From the human T2T-CHM13v2.0 reference genome, Homo sapiens: a DNA stretch of 64,000 nucleotides. The notes beneath the pieces were generated by a model that was not told where the DNA came from, ran no database searches, and was given only the letters and a program-made list of their open reading frames with translations. The first letter of the stretch is position 1, and each line of letters opens with the position of its first letter. The stretch is from assembly GCF_009914755.1 (NCBI RefSeq), contig NC_060930.1; one strand, 5' to 3'. The position numbers and the translations under genes are program-made. Positions 32,251 through 43,925 of the stretch are shown here, piece by piece.

Positions 32251-35200
32251 TAGGAATGGAATCACCTGGAGCTGGCATTTAGAAGCTAGGAGAATGCCAG
32301 CCCTGCTTCCAAATCTCTCAGTGTGTTGGGAAGAGAGAATAAGCAGTTTTTGCTTGTCAAAGCTCAAGGGAAATAATATTCTTGCAGGAAATCCAAGTTT
32401 CAGTTAAGGAAAGAAGGTGAAGATTTCGCTCTGCTAAGAGGTTGAGGATATAGGTTTGAGTAAGTACAAAGAAATTGTGTTTCTTACAGTGGAAAGAGCT
32501 TCAAAGGAGGTTAGCAGTGAAAAAAGTTTGGGGAAAAGAAGCATGGGAAAGTTTGGGTATGAGTAAAGAGAAATTTTTACCTCGAGGGTAACTAATAAGA
32601 ACAAGAGTTAGTGGTGTGGATAAGATACATTGGCCTTGAGATGATGAGGAAATATAGGTGTGAGCTTGACAAGAAAATTGACATTAACTTCAGGATGTCA
32701 GAGTTATGCTGATTTACATGGTAGCTGTTTCGTACTGCTTTGGAGGAGATAAGAAATGCCTCACTGTGCTACTAAAAGGCCTGCAAGACAGACCCATCTA
32801 TCATCCACCAAGTAAATTCATCTTCCTGTGTCCTATTTTCTCCATTTCTAAAATAGGGATAATAATATCCTTTTCTCTCAGTTGACATGAAAATCAATTT
32901 GTGCATATGAAAGTGTCTTAGAAAATTGTAAAATGCCAGATGAAAGTAAGTTAGAAATATGATGGTGTTAGTCACACCCAACTTTGTTTATGCTGAATTC
33001 TTTATCAAAAATACAAAGTCCAGGTGTAGCCTTGTTCCTGATTTAAAAAAAAAAGAAGAGATTATTTTCAATGCTTTGTTTAAGGACATGGTTTTTAAGA
33101 AAGATTATAAAAAACAGAAATGTCTGCATTACATCCTGTAGACGAGTAAACAAAGCAATTTATCAAGGAAATAGCAGGGATGGGGAAGTTTTGCTTTTGT
33201 CATTCTTTCCATTAGAAATAATTTACACTGTTTCCACTTAACAACAGATCAGGACTTCCCTTAATGTCCTTTAGCAAAGCTCAAAGAGCTACAGTTGGGA
33301 CTTTGGGCCACCGGCCAGTATTTGTTCAAAGAGAGCTGTACGGTAGTTCAGTAATCAGAAACTGGAAATTTCTCTTTTCCCACACACAAGCACTACTTCC
33401 TCCCCTTATTTTGCCCAGACATTTCACAATCCTTGCAACGGATGGAGGCCAATATACACGCAGCATTTAGTACCAGGCAACAGCCACCTTAGCCTTAAGT
33501 ATTTCTTTTATTATTTTTCTTAAGGAGGGAGAAATGTTTTCATGCTTGTTATTCTTTTACCTTTGGAAAAATCTAATATTCTTCAGACAGTGGTGAAAGA
33601 GCAAAAATTTATTGGTATTTACTAAATATAAGACAGGAATAGTCTTTGTATTCATGCTCAGGAAATTTCTATTTTGGATGCAGAAAACGATATACCTATT
33701 GTCAAGATGATATTTTATCAGATTAGGACAAACCCACAAACACACTTTCCATATCCTCAGTATAAAATGGAAAGAAACATGACACTGTATCATGCATATG
33801 GTCATAGCAGCTCAATAGTCCACCTCTGCCAGAAATACCATGAAATCTGCATGAAAATGCCCTATATCTTCTGACATGTCATGAACAATTCAAAAATATA
33901 TGGAAGAGGGTTATTTATAAAGCAGAGAATTATTAGAGGAAATGAAGTTCATCTGGAATCCTGAATCTTAAAAAAAGTTGATCAGGATGTTTTACTTATG
34001 ACAAAAGTATTGTTGAATAAATAAAATGTAGAGATAAAAGAGAAGGAAAAACATCCAGCCATAATATGTCCATCCACAGACCAAGAGTGAATCTATTTTT
34101 TCAGGCATTTTCTTATAAATCCTTAATTATATTTAATAAACATGGAATCATACTAGCCATACTCTTTTGTAACCTATTTAACATATTCAAGCTCCCATTA
34201 GACTGCCTGGCTCTGGGTTCCAGCTCTGTCACTGACTAATAGGATGACATTGCACAAGTTACTTAATCAACCTGCTGATAAGAATGGAATTTTGAGCAGA
34301 GGAGTCAAAGGCTCTAGAGCTGCAAAGATTAAGTTGTCATCAGCCAACATTGGAAGTCTGTGCATAAAAGAGATTTCTAGGAAAAAAAAAAATCAGCAGT
34401 TCAATCTATCGGACACCTGAATGGAAATATCAAGCATGTAGTTGGATTGTGACTTGAAGAAAAGCATGAAGAGTTACAAGTGTAGGCCATGGGCCTATAG
34501 ATATTTAGAGCAGTGAGACTGGATAAAATCAAGGGAGCAATTGTAGATAGAGAAGAAGACCAAGAACTGAGCCTTGGACCATTCCAACACTAAGAGTTTA
34601 GAGGGGAGATACAAAGGGAAGGGAAAGAACTTAAGAGGAAAAAAGGAAAACAAGAGAATGCAGTGACCTGGAAACATATGAAGAAGGTGTATTAAGGAGA
34701 CAGGGATTATTAAAATGTGCCAAATGCTGCTAATCAGATAAGAAAAGGACTGAGAATTGCCATTGAATTTGGCAATGTGGAGGTCACCCAAGAGCAGTGT
34801 GTGTGGAGAGAAAAGCTTGAAAGAAGAGAAGGTTTACAAGAGAACGGGAGGAAAGAAATTGGAGAGAGCTAGTATGGACACTTATTTCAAGATTTCCTGC
34901 TAAGAGCAACAAATACATGGGACAGGTCCTGGTGGGAAAAGTAGGCTCAAAAGAAAGTTTCATTTCATTTTTCTAGAGTGGAAGAAATTATAGCATGTTT
35001 GTAAGTGGATAGAATGATCCAGTAAAGATAATAAAATACATGATGTAAGACATAAGGGGAATTTCTGAAGTGGTGTTCTTGCGTGAGCAAGAAGGAATGG
35101 GATCTAGCATGTAAGTGGAGGAATTAGTTTTGATATGAGCACAGACTGTTTATCTTTGGTATCAGTCAGGAAGGCCAAGTATATGAGTCATCATTTTGGA

Positions 35201-35615
35201 GGGAGTCAGTTGAAGTTCTCTTCTGAGAGCTTCAATTTTCCCATTACGCCCTTTATCCTTGCTCATGTGAATTACACGGGAAGCATCAGAGTCCCAGGGC
35301 ACCCCTTATTTCCAGCTCTCTAACCCTCATAGAGCTCTGTAATTCCCATAAATGGTCTCCTATCCTCCCTCCTGAAACTCTTTCTTTACGTTATCAGAAA
35401 TGTAGAGTGCATCATGTCAGTTGTGTAGGAGAGTGTTTATTTTCCTGTGCCCTCGCAATACAAATGCTATTGCATAAAGGAATCTTTGCCAATTTAATTG
35501 GGGAAAGGCTTATTTCACTGTTATTTAACGTAGACTTCTTCAATTTCTAGTAAGGATGAATATTTTCTTCACATTTTTAAATGGTACTTTTTCTTTTAAT
35601 TAATTACTTTCATAA

Positions 35616-35994
<379 letters not shown>

Positions 35995-37753
35995 TAGATA
36001 AGTTTATTAATACTATTTTTCACGCATGATGCAAATATTTTCACTCAAATTTCCACTTTTCTTTCAATGCAGTTTTTGGCACTTTTACATACTTTAAAAA
36101 ATCTTATTTTACATCAATCAGTAATTTATTTAATGGAATCCATTTTGAGCACTTAGGCCCTTTCCTTGCCACCCCCAAGGCAAAGTAAATATTCACCCAC
36201 ATCTTAAAGAAACCCGTAACAGTTCTTTGGTTTCAGTTGTTGCATTTAAATAGTTAATTTCAACAGAAGTATATCTGAGTGCATGGTATAAAGAAGAGAT
36301 ATAATTTTTTTTGCCCCCTGAAATGGTGGCCAGTTGTCACAACTGTCTTTATGAGCTAATTTCTTGTACTAGAAGGGTCCACTATCCCTTTCTAAGGGTA
36401 CGGCCCAGCCAGCAGTTTCCTGCTGAGAGAAGATGCCCTGGAATGCTCTTGAGAAAGGATTGGTCATCAGTTAGGTTGGGCCTCTGTGCCAAGGCAGCCT
36501 CTTAGGTTCATGACAGCCTGCCAGGAACAGCTCCACCCAGAATACTGATATTAACTGGTATTTGAAGCAGCAATAAAAAGAGTATTATGCATTTAGCATC
36601 ACGGAGAGAAATAAAAACCCACAAAAAGAAAAGTTGAATTTGAAAGGACAATACCAGTAGCTATGCCATTAGTGATGCCATTGAGAAAATCAGATTTCAC
36701 TGTACATTTTTAAATATGTACAATCCATCTATCCATTCCCACAATTAATGTTTTTCCACAGCCTACTGTGTGCCAGATACCAGGCTGGATGTTTTGATAA
36801 ACAAGACCACGTCCCACCCACAGGGAATTTACATTCAAATAAGTATTGGGAGCTGACAGGAACATCTAGAAAGCATCATCCTATGTATAGGATTTAAACA
36901 GCATATAATAATGGAATAATTTAACAATCCATTTAACATACCAGGATACACAGCTTGCAAACTGAAGCAAGTGTATAAAATTTTTAAAATGTGATAGAGG
37001 TAGAGTTAGAAAGCTGGTGGGGAAAGAATGGTAAGTTAGTTGAGTTTCCTGAGGTTTCAAGGAATGGAGACACCTGAGCAACTTAACATGAAAGAAATTT
37101 ATTTACTTTGAGTTGGTAACAGTCACTTTGCTCAGCCACTCCGGTATCTCTACCTCTTCTGGCCTTTATCAGTGTAGCTCATAGTCTCTGATATTTTTTA
37201 CATAACTTCTCTTTTTTCCTATGAATAATCTCTTTGGTTATTAACTTACTGACTTAAATTCCTTTTTTATCATTCTCTCTTAAACCAACAGGAATCAGCC
37301 TTTCTTCCCACCTCTAACACTAAAACTGCTTTTATCAGCTTTTCCAATGACCTTAGGTCAATTCTGAGTCTTCCTCTTTCTCATGCTATTACTGGCCTTT
37401 GGCATAGTTGATCACGCCTTCCTATTTGAAACACTCTTTGCTTTGCCTTCAGGACACCATTCTCTCCTTGTTCTCCTGTGTCATAGGACACTTTTTCTCA
37501 TTCACGTCTCATTATTTGTCATTTATCCGATTTCACAATGCTAGACTGCTCCAAGCTTGGTCCTTGGAATTTTTCTCTTTTCTACTTCTACTTACCCCCT
37601 GGATGATCTCTTCTAATTTTGTGAATGTAAATACTTTACTATATGTTGAAAATTCCAAAATGTGTATCTCCAGGTTGGACTTCTGTCTTGAACCTCAGGC
37701 TCATATGTCCAATTACTAATGACATTGTCACTTAGATGTACCAAATAGGCATC

Positions 37754-38628
37754 TGTAGTGGAGTGTATTATTGTTCATAATATTTGTTGCCTTGTCCAGT
37801 GCCAGCATTATACTTACCCTGTTCTGCTGATGTCAGGGCTGGCCTTGGGATTTGCTTTGGTCAATGACATGCGGTGCAACTGACTTAAGTTGTTTTTGAG
37901 AAGAAGCCTTAAAAGCCATCATGTGGCTCCATTGTGTTATTTCTTCCCTCTGCCCTGACACCAGAAACATTCCAGATGGAGGCTGCTCCTTCAGCCTGGG
38001 TCATGAGATAAAGTCCACGAAGACACAGTTGACCTGCAGTAGACACAAATGTGAGTGAGCAAGAAATAAACTTTTTTGCTTTAAAGCATTAAGGTTTTTG
38101 GAGTTGTTTTGTTTCCTTCAAGAAAATGTTTATTGCATATTATTAGTGATTATGTTTTACAGCAAAATAAAATATACACACTTTTCACAAACACAAAATG
38201 GGAATCAAGGCAGCTATCAAATTTACATGTTGAACCAAGTCCTGGTTTTCAGAATTCAGCAGCCAGTCACGATTCTGCACCAGGGCCACTAGTCCATGAT
38301 TTCCAATAGGTGAGGATCTTTTCAGTAATTGGGACAAAATCTTCTTTATATGTGACCATCGTTTGCATATAAAACCCTTTTGGGCATTCAGATAGTTCAC
38401 GGGGTACCTCACTTGTTGAGGCATCCTTTTGTTCTACTTCATCACCTGTTGGCTTCTCCTTTTTCTGGCCAAAGTAAAACATTGAGCGCACCAAGGTCCT
38501 GGTGCTGACCACGGACATCTGCCAGTACCAGGCCGTGAACTGGTTTTGATACATGGGGATGCCAGCGAGGGCCTCTATCCTCCTGGAGTTGTTTACTGCA
38601 AGAGACATAGCCTAAACTGAATGACACA
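37754..38628 (+). mobile_element. MLT1 MaLR solo LTR, split near its 3' end by a retrocopy
   Basis: TG...CA termini with TSD GCATC (37749-37753, 38629-38633). The MLT1 3' end GAGCAAGAAATAAAC...TTGGAGTTGTTT continues at 38595 as ACTGCAAGAGACATAGCCTAAACTGAATGACACA. Confidence 0.75.
38110..38583 (-). pseudogene. Processed retrocopy of SMIM26 (LINC00493 microprotein) with an uninterrupted 95-codon ORF (ATG 38554, TGA 38269-38267)
   Basis: The ORF MYQNQFTAWYWQMSVV...QKDASTSEVPRELSECPKGFYMQTMVTYKEDFVPITEKILTYWKSWTSGPGAES matches SMIM26 as I recall it (MYRNEFTAWYRRMSVV...ELSERPKGFYVETVVTYKEDFVPNTEKILNYWKSWTGGPGTEP). It is intronless, with minus-strand AATAAA at 38134-38129 and TSD TGGAGTTGTTT at 38099-38109 and 38584-38594. 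Confidence 0.9.
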
Positions 38629-39115
38629 GCATCTCAAATTAACATACCCAAAACTGAATGCCTGATCTTCCCTGCCCAACCTCCAAACTGCTCTGCCCAC
38701 AGAGTTCCCCATCTTGGTGAACAGCAGTTTCAACTTTCCAGTTTTCAGATTAAGAAAGTCGGAATTGTCCTTGATTACTCTCTGAATCTCACGCTCCACA
38801 TATAGGCACTGAAAATACATCAATGAACACAATAGACACAACAGATAAAAATTCCTGTTGAGATTACATTCAATAGAGATGAAGCAGACAATAATGAAAT
38901 GAGCAAGCATAATAAGTTGAGTATGAGGATTTCAATATATGTAATACATATTACTATATAATACTAAATATTTAAATGTGTAGAAGTTAACGCATGAGAT
39001 GGAAAAAACAGAGCCAGTTAAAGGGGAAGGGAGTACCTAGGGTGACAGTAAGGGTGTAGGTTGCAAGGGTAGTCCGAGTTCAACTGATTGAGACAGAAAC
39101 ATTTTAACAAAGACT

Positions 39116-40096
39116 TGAGAGCTGCAGAACTTTTGGCATGTAATGACTCTGCCCAAACCTCTACACTAAGAGATGACTAAACTGCAGCATTGCTTCTAGC
39201 AGCGTAAGGCCACGCCCCTAACATGACCCCGCCACCCCCATTCTCCTCGCAAATGCCTGCATTACCAAGCCCAGTGCTGCCAGAAGAATTTACTGTGTGT
39301 TCTAGTCAACCCTGGATGACAGGCCCTTGTCCTTTCTTTTTAGACCATTTACTAAAAAGGGCTCACAATTGTGAATCTGTATCTCCTGTAACTCAGAAGT
39401 GTCTTTTTCAAGGACTCGAAAGCCATTTCTTTGCAATGTAATTATCAGGAGGGATAGGGACTGATATGGTTTTGCTGTGCCCCCACCCAAATCTCAACCG
39501 GAATTGTATCTCCCAGAATTCCCACGTGTTGTGGGAAGGACCCAGGGGGAGGTAATAGAATCATGAGGGCTGGTCTTTTCTGTGCTATTCTAGTGATAGT
39601 GAATACGTCTCACGATATCTGATGCGTTTATCAAGGGTTTCTGCTTTTGCTTCCTCCTTATTTTCTCTTGCCTCCACCATGTAAGAAGTGCCTTTCACCT
39701 CCTGCCATGATTCTGAGGCCTCCTCAGCCATGTAGAACTGTAAGTCCAATTAAACCTCTTTTTCTTCCCAGTCTCAGGTGTGTCTTTAACAGCAGCATGA
39801 AAACAGACTAATATAGGGCCCCTGTCTCCCAAGTCTCTGTGGGAGGATAGAACCTAATTTTGATAATTGCCAGCTAGCAGACACAGCTGGCCTAATCCCA
39901 TTTACACTGACCAACCCTTTGTAATTTTTCACTTCTCTGACTCTCCTTTAACCCTCCCATTCCCCCAATTCTCCCTTCTAAACACTCAGTCTCCTCTGCA
40001 CAAATCAGAAAGGAGCTCAACTCTATCCCTTTCTGTCAGTAGTTGCTGAATAAAATCTGTTTTCACCAAATGTCCAGCTGTGTTTTATCTTTCACA
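39116..40096 (+). mobile_element. ERV1-type solo LTR inserted in L2-like sequence, itself interrupted by THE1
   Basis: TG...CA termini, AATAAA near 40049, and 4-bp TSD GACT (39112-39115, 40097-40100). Confidence 0.65.
39462..39815 (+). mobile_element. THE1A-like MaLR solo LTR
   Basis: TGATATGGTTT...GTATCTCCCAGAATTCCCACGTGTTGTGGG...AAAACAGACTAATATA; TSD GGGAC/GGGCC. Confidence 0.85.
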
Positions 40097-41432
40097 GACT
40101 TGAAAGAGATGAAAGGAGTAAGCCATATGACTAGTGGTAGAAAGAGTGTTCCAAGCAGAGCAACAGCCAGTGCAGAAGCTCAAATGCAGGAGCATGCCTG
40201 GCCTATACAAGCAACAACAAAGAGACTAGTGTTGCTGCAACAGGGTTAGCAATGGAAATGTTGGTGGCAGCTGATGTCAGAATGTAAAGGGTGGGCAGGT
40301 GGCATACACTGCAGGGACTTACAGGCCCTCATAGGTAAGTACTTTTAGCTTTTACTCTCATGGGCTAGGGAACTATTGGAGGATGTCGAGCAGGGGAGTG
40401 ACATGATCTGGCTTACATTTTAAAAGGATCACCCTAGCTGCTGTGCTGAGACTAGACAGTAATGGGGATTGGAGGGTAAGGTTGGAAGTAATAAGACTAA
40501 TTAGGAGGTTGTCAAAATAATTCATGTGAGAGGTGATGGTAGCTCAGTCAAAAGTGATAGTAGTGATAACAGCAATGTCTAAATGTATTTTACAGAATTT
40601 CTTTATGGATTGGCTAAGAGTAGTTAAAGAGAAGTGTCAGGTATGATTTCAAAGTTTCTGTCCTGAGCAGTTGGAGGAATGAAGTTTCCCTCAGCTGAGA
40701 TGGTAGCAGGTTTTGGTGGGGTGAAAGAGGAGCTCTCCCCATAGTAGCTCATTCAGGCTAATTTATAACATTTATTAAACATGGGTCTGGGGTGGTTTAG
40801 TAGGCAGTTGGATATTTGAGTCTGAAGTTCAGGGGAGAGGTCTATATTACAGATTTAAATTTTGGAGTTATTGGCAAATATATGGTATTTAAAGCCACGG
40901 ATTGCATGAGACGACCAAGAAAGTGAGTGCAGCTAAAGAGAAGAGAACCTAGGACCAAAGCCCTTAAATGATGAGAGAGGTTTGGAAGAAGAGGAAGTAG
41001 CACAGGAATCTGAGAAGAAACAGCCAGTGAAGTAGGAGGAAAGCAAACAAAAAAAAAGTATGGTGTCCAGGAAATCAAGAGGGGAAAAGTTTGTCAAGGG
41101 AGAGGGAATGACCAACTGTTGCTGAAAAGATGAGGACTGAGAAGTGACCATTAGATTTAGTAATATAGTTACTGATGATAACAGTAGTTTGGACCAATTG
41201 GTGGCACTAAAAGTCTGACAGGAGGCAGTGTGAGAGAGAAAAGAAGACAGATTGGGAAGCAAACAGATACCTTTTTTGAGGAGTTTTGTTGCAAAGAGGA
41301 GCAGAAAAATAGATCCATGAGTGATGGGAAAAGCAATGTTCAAAGCTGGTTCTTAGAGTGTGTTACTGATAACAATAAGATTTATATCCATATCCTAAAT
41401 TACTTTCAAACAAGTAATTTGATGTGTCATTC

Positions 41433-42589
41433 TGACGGTGGCAGGAGGCAGACAGGTTCCTAGGTGGGAAGGGGCAGGTCCCGGGTGAAACCTCAACTTC
41501 AAGCCAGTGACAAGCCAGCTGGGCCTGGGCTTCCAGCTCCGGGTGAAATCCATGGCCTGGAGTGAAGGCTACCCACTACAGATCTCCCTGCTGAGAGCTG
41601 TTCAGTTGCCCAGTAAAGCTCTTCTCCACCTTGCTCACCCTCCAGTTGTCCACCTAACCTCATTCTTCCTGGATGTGGGACAAGAACCTGGGACCTGACA
41701 AATGGCAGGAGCAAAAGGAGCTGTAACACTTTCCTGGCCAGTTCATTGAGCTGCGGGTGGGAGCTAAAAGGGGCTATAACACTTTCCTGGCCAGCTTGCT
41801 GAGCTGCAGGCGGTGGCATGGTACTGGCTGCAGGAGTGAAACGTAACAACCCTTCTGGGGGCCCAGACCTTGGGAATCCCTGTGCCAGAGCTGTAACACT
41901 GTAGCCTTCCTGCCCTCTGCTGGTGCCAGGTGGCCACCCCATGCAACAAGAAGCAGTGGAGGGGCAGGGCCAGCCCAGGAGTCATGGGCCAGAGCAGGGC
42001 AATGGGACTGAAAGAGTCTTTACACAAATCAGCTGAAACACACTCCCCAACCCCGAACATGAACCCCTACTTGCTGCGCTGCAGTAGATGTGAAGGAGAG
42101 AAGAGCTGTGGCCCTTCTTGGAGCCCAGATCTTGGAGCTCCCTGAGCCAGGGCTGTGACATACTGTAACACCCTCTTTGGGGCTTTGTGGTTCCTGGCAT
42201 CTCTGAGCTTTCCAGCATCACCACATTTCCCTCATCCAGATGCTGGTGCCCGCAGTGGAAGCCGCTTGCGGTACGTCTGGTCCAGCCGCAACCTCATACA
42301 GAGTCAGCACCTGTGCGGGTGCCTGGAGCTGCCTGCCCCTCCGCAGCAGCCAGCATGCCTGGCTGTGTGCAGTGGCCAAACAGCGTGCTTGCACACACAC
42401 CCCTCGCTGCTCTGCACCTGGCTTGCCTTTGGCAGGTGTGGGATCCAAGGCTGGTTGTGTGAGCTGAGCGCAGCCTGCTGGTCCGAGTGGGTGGAACAAG
42501 CCCAGTGGGCATGAGCAAAACTCAAGCAGAGGGGCTGCTGGCCACAGGGGTTTCCAGCTGGTGAAGCACCACCTGAAGCATCGGTGACA
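41433..42589 (+). mobile_element. Long GC-rich ERV1 solo LTR (MER52/LTR27/LTR28-like)
   Basis: TGACGGTGGCAGGAGGCAGAC...GGTGACA termini, near-TSD ATTC/ACTC, and internal repeats of GAGCTGTAACAC. Confidence 0.7.
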
Positions 42590-43445
42590 ACTCTACATGC
42601 AACATGATCACGCATTAGGCATCATTATTATCCCCATTTTATAGATGAATGAACAGAAAACCTCCGCACAGGAAGATAAATAATTTGTGTCTCAGCAGAG
42701 AAAGGAAAATAACATAGCCCAAGTTTTTGCAGATGGTAAGTTGTAGAGTAGTCTGACTCCAGAGCCTGCTCTGAAGCAGGGCTCCTGCTAGCCCATATGG
42801 TAGCCCTGTGAAGTTAGCAAATAGCACCTGATTTCACAAGCAGATTTTAAGTTAGTATATTGTTATGGAACTGGAATGGCTGTTCCCCAGGAGGGTTATC
42901 CAGAACACCCACTGGCAGTAGTCCTGCCTATGTACATACAAGTGCCTGTATTTTTGCCTGCTTCCACACAGGACACATCGTCTACACAATTTTCAAGTAC
43001 TTCATGTTGCTCCCCTCACTTCCAAAGTGGGAAATGATATCAAGTTCAAAGCTGAGGAATGAGAAGCAAGCCTTGGAAAGTCCCAGGTAAGTGAGAGAAG
43101 AAATCTCAGGTGTCACTAGGAGTGCAGTCAGAACAGATGCAACTTATGCTGGTGTGTGTGCTAGTGTGTAAGTGAATGGTCTCCTAACTGTATGTGTGTG
43201 GCCATATGCACCCAATGGGGGTTTATATACAAATCAGCTTTCCACCGCTCCAGAACTTAGCCTGGAATCTCCAGTTCTGTATGTGCTTTTCCATAAGTTA
43301 ATACATGTGTATGATATGAATCAGCACACTCTTATCTGTAGTATCCTTGCACACTGTGAAACCTGAACACTCTCATGCTGTGACCTTGCTCCTAACCATT
43401 CTTCATTAGAAAATTGTTAAATGTCTACCTCCATGCAAAGCACTG

Positions 43446-43925
43446 TGTTGCAGGATTATTTAGGAATCAGAAAGACCGAGGGGTTGAGGAGGATTTATTA
43501 TTTAGGTGCACCGGCACAGTCAGATTAACATCTGCTGAGCCCCGAACAAAGGGTCAGGTTACCTTTTAAGCATTTCGTGGGCAGGGGGCAGTTGGGGGGA
43601 GATCTGTGCAGGGGGAAGCATATTACAGAAGTAAGAAAAATGACAGTTATTTAATTGAGATATGCATTACATAATTTCTTACTTTTCAAGGAAAAACATA
43701 TTTTATGACTTGAGTTTATCTGTCTAGTGACTTTGCAGCTGCACAGCTAGAGAAACAGGGTCTTCACAATGCCTGGGAAAGGGAGAGATAAGGCTCACTA
43801 GCCACAGACAGAAAAACAGGCAGTTAATTTTTAAAGGACTCTACCTCTTTCTCCTCCTCAGGGGGAACTGGGTTTTCTTACATACAACTGAGTTTTTGCT
43901 TACATATTCTTTAATTCCTGTTCCA
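43446..43925 (-). mobile_element. ERV1 solo LTR (possibly LTR15)
   Basis: Minus strand starts TGGAACAGGAATTAAAGAATATGTAAGCAAAAACTCAG; TSD ACTG (43442-43445, 43926-43929). Confidence 0.6.

Larger units (their letters stand above)
37250..38810 (+). mobile_element. L2 fragment (host of the MLT1 LTR and the retrocopy)
   Basis: L2-type text (TCTCCAGGTTGGACTTC...TGTCCAATTAC...CACTTAGATGT) breaks at 37753 and resumes at 38629 (GCATCTCAAATTAACATACCCAAAACTGAA). Confidence 0.7.

Noticed and set aside
41715-41905. Spaced direct repeats resembling a CRISPR-like array
   Set aside because: They are internal LTR repeats in eukaryotic DNA, with irregular spacing and no cas genes.
41499-42615. Dense overlapping ORFs on both strands
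   Set aside because: They lie in a GC-rich LTR and show no recognisable protein motif.
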